From Anolis carolinensis (taxonomy: Eukaryota), in NCBI RefSeq assembly GCF_035594765.1, contig NC_085846.1, positions 19,269,190 through 19,333,189 of the forward strand: DNA of 64,000 nt, given 5' to 3'. How positions within the stretch are numbered: the first letter of the stretch is position 1; every line of letters begins with the position of its first letter. This document shows positions 31,640 to 64,000 of this stretch, in pieces. A program made the position numbers and the translations under genes. The notes under the pieces are model-generated. The model was not told the origin of the DNA. It made no database searches and worked only from the letters and a program-made list of their open reading frames with translations.

Positions 31640-32330
31640 ATCATTAGTTCATTCCATTGAATATGAGGTCTGGCCAAGGGCCGGTTGTGGTCCCTTGATA
31701 TCTAGTTCTTTAATGTCCATCGGTTAATGTCAATTGGTTCATTAATGTCAAGGGTCTGAAGAACAAGCCCTATGAGGAGTGGCTTAAAGAGCTGGGCATG
31801 TTTAGCCTGCAGAAGAGAAGGCTGAGAGGAGACATGATGAAGGCCATGTATAAATATGTGAGGGGAAGTCGGAGGGAGGAGGGAAAGCTTGTTTTCTGCT
31901 ACCTTGGAGACTAGGACGCAGAACAATGGCTTCAAACTACAGGAAAGGAGATTCCACCTGAACATTAGGAAGAACTTCCTCACTTTGAGAACTGTTCAGG
32001 AGTGGAGGCTTTTAAGCAGAAGCTGGATGGCCATCTGTTGGGGGCGCTTTCATGCGATTTTCCTGCTTCTTGGCATGTGGTTGGGCTGGATGGCCCACGA
32101 GGTCTCTTCCAACTCTATGATTCTATGGTTGTCTTTTGTTCGTGCTATATGTTCTGCCCATCTTCTTTTTGCCTCATAGATTTCATTGACCACATCACGT
32201 AGCCTAATTCTTTGACGCAGCTCTTTATTGCTGACTTTATCTCTTATTGTCACACCACACACCTTTCTTTCCATTGCTCTTTTAGTCACTGCCAGTTTTT
32301 GCTCCTCTAACCAATGGTTAAGCTATTCTG
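31640..32330 (-). mobile_element. Old RTE LINE 3' fragment split by a CR1 insertion
   Basis: RAMERKVCGVTIRDKVSN.ELRQR...KRRWAEHIARTKDN (32128-32330) continues as RWT...RP...W at 31640-31725. Confidence 0.7.
31743..32127 (+). mobile_element. CR1 LINE 3' fragment
   Basis: [21 protein letters not shown]; tail aactctatgattctatg. Confidence 0.9.
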
Positions 32331-32715
32331 CTAGAAATGGAAAAGAAAAGCACAGGATTGTATATTTTGGCAAATGGTAGATTTGTGTGAAGCTCAAAGG
32401 AGTAGATTGATGACAAATAGGTTAGGATATAAGGAAGATCATTTTGCATTTTTTACTTTCTGTGAGTAATATGCGTAAATCTCAAGACATATTGATAATT
32501 TGCCCATTTAATTCAGAACTTGGAAATATTATTTTTATTTATTTATTTATTTACAGCATTTATATTCCGCCCTTCTCACCCCGAAGGGGACTCAATTTCT
32601 AGAATACCACATGACCAGTGATCTTAGTGTTTGAGGATTCTGGAAGATAGTCAAAAAGCAAATTTTCCAAGCTCCCATCTGGGGATTCTTGGTATTATAG
32701 TGCAAAAAGGTAAAG

Positions 32716-33480
32716 CAGTGGTTCTCAATCTTCCTAATGCATCGACCCCTTAATACAGTTCCTCATGTTGTGGTGACGACCAACCATAAAATTATTTTAG
32801 TTGCTACCTCATAACTGTAATTTTGCTACCATTATGGAGCATAATGTATCTTATATGCAGGATGCATTTTCATTCACTGGACCAAATTTGGGCACAAATA
32901 CCTGATACGCCCAAATTTGAATACTGGTGGGGTTGAGGGATTGATATTTGGGACTTGTGGTTGCTGGGATTTATAGTTTGTCTACAATTAAAGAGCATTC
33001 TGAACTCCACTAATGATGGAATTGAACCAAACTTGGCACACAGAACTCCCAAGACCAACAGAAAATACTGGAAGGGTTTGGTGGGTGTTGACCTTGAGCT
33101 TTGGGGTTTTAGTTCACCTACATCCAGAGTGCACTGTAGACTCCAAACAATGATGGATCTGGACCAAACTTGGCACAAATATTCAGTATGCCCAAATGTG
33201 AACACTGGTGGAGTTTGGGGAAATAGACATGACATTAGGGAGTTGTAGTTGCTGGGATTTATAGTTTGCCTACAATCAAAGAGCCCCTTGAGCCCCACCA
33301 ACGATAGAATTGGGCCAAACTTCCCACACAGAACCCCCATGACCAACAGAAAATACTGTAGGGATTTGGGTTCCTAAGACCATCAGAAATATGTTTTTTG
33401 ATGGCCTTTGGTGACCCCTCTGAAACCCCCCTCACAACCCCACTCACTAGGAGTCCTGACCCTCAGGTTGAGAAACGCTG
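32716..33480 (+). mobile_element. SPIN (Space Invader / URR1-like) non-autonomous hAT element
   Basis: 5' end cagtggttctcaa.cttcctaatgc...aatacagttcctcatgttgtggtgac...aaccataaaattatttt matches recalled SPIN/URR1; perfect TSD AGGTAAAG. Confidence 0.88.
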
Positions 33481-33592
33481 AGGTAAAGCTTCCATGCTGT
33501 GATCTGCCACAGTATAGTTCATTCTGATGGCAGCAGCTTTGTAATGGATTTTGGTAGTCACTTCCTGGCAGGGCCATTTTGTTTCCCTATAG

Positions 33593-33827
33593 CAGTGTGG
33601 TACAATCCGCAGCCCACGGGCCACATGTGGCCCACCAATTCATTTTTGTTGGCCCTTGCGCTTCTTACTGGAAAAATATTTTAATTATGTAATTAAATAT
33701 TAATATTTTAATTATGTAATTCAATATTAATTATGTAATTTGTTTTATTTTTGGAATGTCCCTGGCCCTCACATTCCTATACTAAAGTTTGATTGGCCCT
33801 CGGGTAACTAAAGGTTGGGCCACACTG
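33593..33827. mobile_element. Small hAT MITE
   Basis: TIRs CAGTGTGG...CCACACTG; perfect TSD CCCTATAG. Confidence 0.88.
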
Positions 33828-34642
33828 CCCTATAGGATGCTTTTGTGTGAGTTACATAATTCTGCCCTCGTAAAAGTTTTATTCCAATGATGCCCCAGGA
33901 CAACTATTCAGGATGTTTTAGAAAAAAACAAAATGCCAAACCCGCTTCCACATCAGCAATTACTGCTGAAGAAAGAAAAATCCTCACCCGCCTCCAGATG
34001 AAGTGAAAAACAAAGGCCATTTGTACTTCCTTTTAAAAACCACTGCATTTGTTTCCCATTTTTCCATTTCTTCTGAAATGAACACATAGCCAAAAAATCT
34101 AGCATGAGGATTTCTCTCCAAAAAAAAGGCAAGCTGACAAGCACTGTGTGTTTTTTTTAAACTTCTAGGTCAACTATGTGCAGATGAGATCTCCCCCTTT
34201 GTCCTTCTTAGTGAAAGGGGAACAATGTGTTAAATTCATTACTCTTTCACCATGATTAGATTTCAATGTGATGTGTTTTCTTTTCCAGGATTTGTTTGCT
34301 CATTTTATCTGTGCATTTGGAAAAAAAAATAATACCTGTATTTCTTTCCCTCTTACAACTGCCCTTGATAAGTGTCTCTTATCTCTGTGCATCTGCAGTA
34401 TCCAAACTCATCAGAATGTCAAAGCAAAGCCTGACCAGGCTAGTAAAGGACAGAAGGCCAACAGGACGTGTTTGCGGATGGGGAGGGGGGGGGGGAGAGA
34501 GACTGGGTGGGCAGACAGGTTGGGCCACATTCTCCCAAGAGGCTGCCTGGATGCAGCAGCACTCAAAGAAGCAAACCTGGAGTTTTACAAGTCTGAGATT
34601 GTCCTGCTTCCTTGGAGGTGAAGCAGAGGCAGCCTTGGAACT

Positions 34643-48349
<13,707 letters not shown>

Positions 48350-51301
48350 AAGGATAGTAGGACATTCCAGTGTTTACCTCATGGAGATGAAGTGCTGTGG
48401 AAAGAGACACTTTCTAGTACCTTCCTTGACAAATCAGTCTAGTTCTTTCTGAATGGATGGATTCTGGAAAGTTCTTGAAAGTTCAATTTTTTGTCATCAT
48501 TGTCGTCATCAGTGCAGTCATCAAAACATGGCCTTTATAGACTTCAACCTCAATGGAGATGAGACTGGGAAGATGTTTTTTATTGTCTGAAGATTATTGG
48601 TAACACGGCGGCTTCTGCTGTTTTATCATATTTCCTAGTTGACATCTTAGAAGCCTAGTTCTTTTTAAATGGATTTTAGAAAGTTCTAGGCAGGTCTTTG
48701 TTTTGTCATTATTGTAACTGTTGCCATTGTCATTATGGTCATCACAATCATCACAACTTGGGCTTTTATGGACTTACAGCCACACTGGAGGTGAGGCTAG
48801 GAAGAATTTTTATCCATGAAGGAGCAGGACTTCTTCATTTCAAAAACTGCCATACATCCCTTCACCTGTCTCCCCAGAATTATTCCCTTACATTGGAAAT
48901 GGGGTTCTTGCCTTGTGCTCCAAATGGTGCTACTCATGTAAACTAGTGAATATATGCATATTTGCACAATCCGTGGTATCAGAATTTCTCTTTTGGGAGC
49001 TGGGGTGTTTGAGAGTAATGTAAGGCTTGTGTGTGCAAAACTCAACAGCGACACCCAGTGCTCATTATAATGCTATTATTATAACCTTATAACCATTTTA
49101 TTGCTGGTGAAGAAACATCTGGCTCTGTCCCTATGGTGGGGCACATAATGAGGACATCTTGTATTGAGATCTGTTGGTGCCTTTGCTTTGCTTCTAGCCA
49201 TGATAACATAACCAGATACTGTTTTGATCCCCTCCTATTCTCCACCAGCAACAGAATGGCCATGGTGGGGGCTATCCTAGCATAATGTTGAGTTGTGCTT
49301 TTGATATTCAAGAAGGAGGAAAAGGATAACTTCCATAATGCTCTCCCCTACAGGATGCCAACTACTCAGACTCTCCCACTGTGATGACCTTCTCCCATGT
49401 GTCACCTTGAGAAAAAAGTGTATGTGGGGAAGGAGTCCTCAAACTATCCTAATCAGAGAGGAAATTTGAAACTAATCTTGAAGTTTGCCAAGCTTGCTTT
49501 GCAGAACATATAGCTAGAATAGCTAGTATAGTTCTGACTGCAGACATTGATCTGAGAACCAAAAAAAGGTCCAGGACCTGAGCATTTGGGCAAGGCTTTG
49601 AGGTCTGATAATCCTTGATGGACTGGTTTTGGTGGAGAGAAACATAGTAGAAGGGTCTGTTAAACCAGCTGTCATTCAGTGACTCTTGTGATACTTAAAT
49701 CTGATGATAGTTTGACAATTTAAGGTGAACAGCTTAAAGGAAAGAGGGTGGAGGATACCAAGAATCTGGTAAAGGCAGTAGTCAGGATGTCTCATCTTTA
49801 TGTGTATTCATACACAGAATAAAAAAACTTTTCTCCTAGAAATGTTCCCCCTCCCCATCAGAAATGCTTTCCTAATGCAGGCTAATGTGGCTGCTTTGCT
49901 CACATTGCTGACTCCTCAGGTCACCTTAGGTAAGGGTCAGCTGAGGTCAGAGAGAAATCTTGTTCCTTTTGGGTGTTCAGGTTCAAGGAGTTTATTGTGC
50001 AAGCAGGAAAGAGAGAGACAATGATGTGTGGGAGTCATGATCTGGATGGGGCTCCATTGGCCAAGTAAAAAAAGACTTAGTTGAGGAATTGTATGTATGT
50101 TGCAAAATAAAATACCTCAAGTGTTACAAACAATAAATAAGAACATAAATACACGTATACATTCATATATACACCAGACACCATGCTAGTCATTCAGGAA
50201 AGAGCCATCCTACCAGGATATGACATTGGGGTAGATGTCCAAGCCACCCGTAAACGAATAAGCAGGGTGGCCCACAAATACTGCCATGCTATCTTGTTCC
50301 ATTTTGATGTATTTTTAATATAATAAAAATATCAGCTCCAAATTATAACATTACTAAATGGCTCCACTATCAGCGAACCATGAAGGCATACCATGAAATC
50401 AGCATGGCAAGAATATTTATGGTAGCCAATGTTGGGGTCTGGAGGTAGTCCGTCCCTAAATACAGAGGTAGTAATGGCTAAATACAGCATTGTGTAATAT
50501 AATATATTCATTAAATTAAGGAAGAAAATATTCGGAGTTACACTTAAAAATATACCTATTCCAACTTACATAAAATGAACTAACCTACTGAATCTATCTT
50601 GTTCATGACTTGGGGACTGTCTGTACCCTCAATTATAGACTTGATGGAGTTAATGGTGTTGAGTATCAGCAGCACCAAAAGCTGGAGAATGTTTTTTTGG
50701 ATTACTTGTCTCAACCATCCTAAACAGAGAACATATTGGCTAAGTAATACTGAAAGCTGTAGACCAAACATCACTTTTCAATACTCTGGGATGACCATTG
50801 CTAATGGTGAGTGATTAAAAGATGACAGTCATAATTACAGTACCCACAATACCCCATTGGAGTATGGTGTATCCAAGGCATTGTGAGTACATGAAAATGA
50901 CATTTTCCCAGATAATCGTTGCTGCTTTTCGGTAAGTCTGGAGCAGGTGGTGAGAGTTAGGTAAAATGTCCTGTCCACCACAGATAATATTCCTGAATGG
51001 GTTTGGAACAACTCCTCAAGGTTGAAAACTATGCCTGGATGTATACCTTTAGGCTCCAGTCAGCTTGAACAAAATCTGGTCCTGTTGCTGTTCTGAGTCC
51101 AAGAACAGCAACATAACCTGTAAATCTGAGTTTCCATATAAAATATAAAATAATGCATATTTCTGTATACTCTTCTTAAAAGTTGAGCAGCTGACATCTT
51201 CTTTATGTTCAAACTGGCAATCATGAGTCTGATTATTTCTTTCAAGTAGATTTAACAAAAAAAGTAGTTCAAGGAAAACCAATTTGTTTTCTCTGTAGAG
51301 T

Positions 51302-60952
<9,651 letters not shown>

Positions 60953-61466
60953 ATTGCTCCTGCCTTCTTCTTTTCTTATAGCAAGGGAAAGGTAGATAAT
61001 AGCACTCTCCCAAAATTAGAACCACCTTTTAGCGCATTAATGTACAGTGCAAGCTTTGGATACTTATATGTATATATATATATATCCCAAGAGGGTGTGT
61101 TCAGCACTGGGAAGACTGCCAGATCTCAGTGTCCGCCTCCTATGAATGTTACGAAACTTTGGCAAAAACAATTTGACACTGCTCCCTTCTTTCTTCCAAA
61201 CTTTACCATTTCCTTCTTTCTAACTCTATTATTCATAGGGATGGGAAAACCTAGAGCTCATATCCTGGTAAAAGCTCTTACTACTTTTTTAAACTGGTGG
61301 GAAAATGGAAAAATGGAAAAATCTTCCTGGTGGCTGGTAGCTTCTATGTCAGTTGAGAAGTGAATCTATGCTGTATTTTAGTCTGAACTTTGCAGGCGCT
61401 ATTCAAAGTGTGGAACCTACTTTGAGGATATGCTCAGTACCTAAGGGGTTGAAGGGTCAGGAGGCT

Positions 61467-63612
61467 TATGGATCTGGACGGTTTCCTGATAGCTCTTGGG
61501 GAATTTCCCTCCACCTCGACAGGTGATCTCGTTGATGTTCAGGTCTCTCTCTGGAATGTGGAGATGACTAGGGCAATAGACATGATTGCTCCAGAACGTC
61601 CCCTCTCGAATAGTCGAGCTAAACCAGCTCCTTGGTTCAACGCGGAACTAGCAGCGATGAAGCAAAAGAAGAGGGAACTAGAGTGCGTGTGGCATTTAAA
61701 GCATAGTGAATCAGACCGAACACAACTGTGTTCCTAAGGGAAATCTTTCTTTGCGGCTAATATTATGTCTGCAAGGAACCGTCCAGCGGAGCTGTTTCAA
61801 GTTGTTAGAGGTTTATTCAATCCTGTCACCCAAGACGGGATCCCTGACAACTCAACAGCTTGCTGTGAAGCATTTGCTCAGTTCTTTGTGGACAAAGTCG
61901 CTCTGATCCGCTCTGGCTTTGACACCATATTAACGGCAGTCTCTGAGGATGTAACACGAGCACCTGCTTGTCCAGTTTTGATGGATTCTTTTCAATTTAT
62001 TCTGCTCAAGGATGTGGACCTTACTCAGTTCTGGAAGATCTTGTGAAGAAATAACTGTAAGTTCTGTGAAATCCATTTTTGGATTAGTGGAGGGAAAAGG
62101 CCTTGAAAGGACCTCTGTCTTTGTAGAGACATTGAGCACACTGTTATGAGCCAAATTTTATAGCCTAAATATATTTTATTTTTTCATTTGTATTGGCTTC
62201 TAGGTTCTTTGGGGGGCACAGCTCAAAGTGCCAGTCATCTTCTGTTCTGTTCCTGATCTTCAACTCATAAGTCCAAATGCTCAGCTATTGGACCTATAAG
62301 TAGAAGATCATTCTAGACCCCTGCCCATCCTGGCTGGTAAAGGAAGCCAGAGGGGGTTTGGCTGAGTGGATGAAAGTGGTGGTTAATGCCTCCCTTTGGG
62401 AAGGCAAGATTCCAGCCAGCTTAAAACAAGCTGTTATAAAACCACTGTTGAAAAAACCATCACTGGACCCCACCCAATTGGTCAACTATTGGCCATTTTC
62501 CAATCTCCCCTTTTTGGGCAAGGTCTTGGAATGTCTGGTGGCCCCACAACTCCAGGCATTCTTGGTTGATATTGATTATCTGGACCCGGCAAAATCTGGC
62601 TTTAGGCCGGGACATGGAACTGAAACAGCTTTGGTCACCTTACTGGATGAACTGTGCTGGGAATTGGACAGGGGGAGTGTGTCCCTGTTGGTTCTGCTGG
62701 ACCTCTCAGTGGCCTTGAATACTGTAGGCCATGGTATCCTTTTGGAGTGCCTTGTGGGAATGGGCCTTGGAGGTACTGCTTTACAGTGGCTCCGGTCCTT
62801 CCTTGAGGGTTTCTCCCAGAAGGTGTTGCTGGGGGACACCTGCTCAGCTCTGCAGCCTTTGTCCTGTGGGGTCCTGCAGGGTTAAATACTGTCTCCCATG
62901 TTGTTTAACATCTACATGAAGCCGTTGGAAGAGATCATCCAGAGTTTTGGAGTTCGGTGTCATCTGTATGCAGATGACATTTAACTCTATCACTCCTTTC
63001 CACCTGCGACTAAGGAGGCTGTTCAAGTCCTGAACCGGTGCTTAGCCACTGTGATGGTCTGGATGAGAGTGAACAAATTGAAATTAAATCTAGACAAGAC
63101 CGAGGTACTCCTGGTTGGGTGCAAGGCCGAACAGGATATAGAGTTACAGCCTGTGTTGGATGGGGTTACACGCCCCCTGAAGACACAGATTCGCAGCTTG
63201 GGAGTTCTCCTGGACTCATTGCTGAGGCTGGAACCCCAGGGGAGCTTTCACACAATTAAAACTTGTGCGCCAGTTGCGCCCATTCCTTGAGAAGTCTGAC
63301 TTGGCCACTGTAGTCCACACTCTGGTTACATCCCAAATAGATTACTGCAATGCGCTCTACATGGGGTTGCCTTTGAAGACTGTTCAGAATCTGCAACTGG
63401 TCCAATGGGTGGCAGCCAGACTACTCACCACAGCTGCGTACAGGGAGCATACAACCCACTTGTCGCACCAACTTCACTGGCTGCCAATTAGCTACCGAGC
63501 ACAATTCAAAGTGCTGGCTTTAGTCTATAAAGCCCTAAATGGTTCTGGCCCAGCTTACTTGTCCGAATGTATCTCCCTCTATGAACCATCTCAGAGTTTA
63601 AGATCATCTGGA
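61467..63612 (+). mobile_element. Degraded L2 LINE ORF2 (RT), interrupted at about 62020-62312
   Basis: APWFN.EL, PLLKKP.LD....NY.P.SNLPFLGKVLE, SGFRPGHGTETAL, LLDLS, YADD, DYCNAL, LHWLP; multiple stops and frameshifts. Confidence 0.9.
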
Positions 63613-64000
63613 GAAATGTTGCATGGTCATGAGACTGTACAGTTGTCTTCAAGCTGATCCCAGACGTCATTACAGTTTGTGTTTGAATTCAGGATGGAAA
63701 AAGAGTAAACTAGTTTAATCTCACATTAAATTATGACCGCAATGAATGCCTGGCATTAAATAATTGCCTTTGTCTTCTCTTTGAAAGGGATTACTTTTTT
63801 GTTTTGTTTTAAATGGAAACATTGATAGTGCTCACATCTTTTCTGCATGCTTCAGGGACCCACCCCTTGACCAGAACCTTTGTAGAGACCTCTGCTGGTT
63901 TAACTGGGAATTAGGCCAGTATAGGTTCTTTTTCCAGCTTGTGCAGGGAGGTATCCAATACCTCTTTGCACAATTGCTTTCTCCAATGGCTGTTAGATTA

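Noticed and set aside
61060-61086. (TA)n as the TATA box of gene D; G-rich tract at 34479-34500 as a promoter element of gene C
   Set aside because: Indistinguishable from simple repeats without TSS data.

Overview
Vertebrate genomic DNA, most likely an Anolis lizard, judging from its repeat repertoire (Sauria SINE, Anolis SINE2-like, 5S-derived SINE, SPIN hAT, Vingi, Penelope-like elements). The window holds four apparently intact, multi-exon, trypsin-like (S1A) serine protease genes, each with a C-terminal hydrophobic (GPI/TM-type) tail, resembling the mammalian PRSS27/PRSS33/PRSS22/testisin/prostasin group. Gene A (-) spans 2265-11816 (313 aa), gene B (+) 19974-28949 (316 aa), gene C (+) 34643-48349 (336 aa, with one extra micro-exon) and gene D (-) 51302-60952 (334 aa, PRSS27-like). 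I built all exons by hand from GT-AG sites, and each model closes in frame. Introns and spacers are dense with transposons. The most unusual signal is a 98-bp inverted repeat in an intron of gene C whose arms each carry a minimal type-I hammerhead ribozyme fold with a variant core (CAGAYGA). Four Penelope-like insertions with more conventional, partly decayed hammerhead motifs also lie in introns of genes C and D. Orthology and repeat-family names come from recalled sequences, not from database searches.
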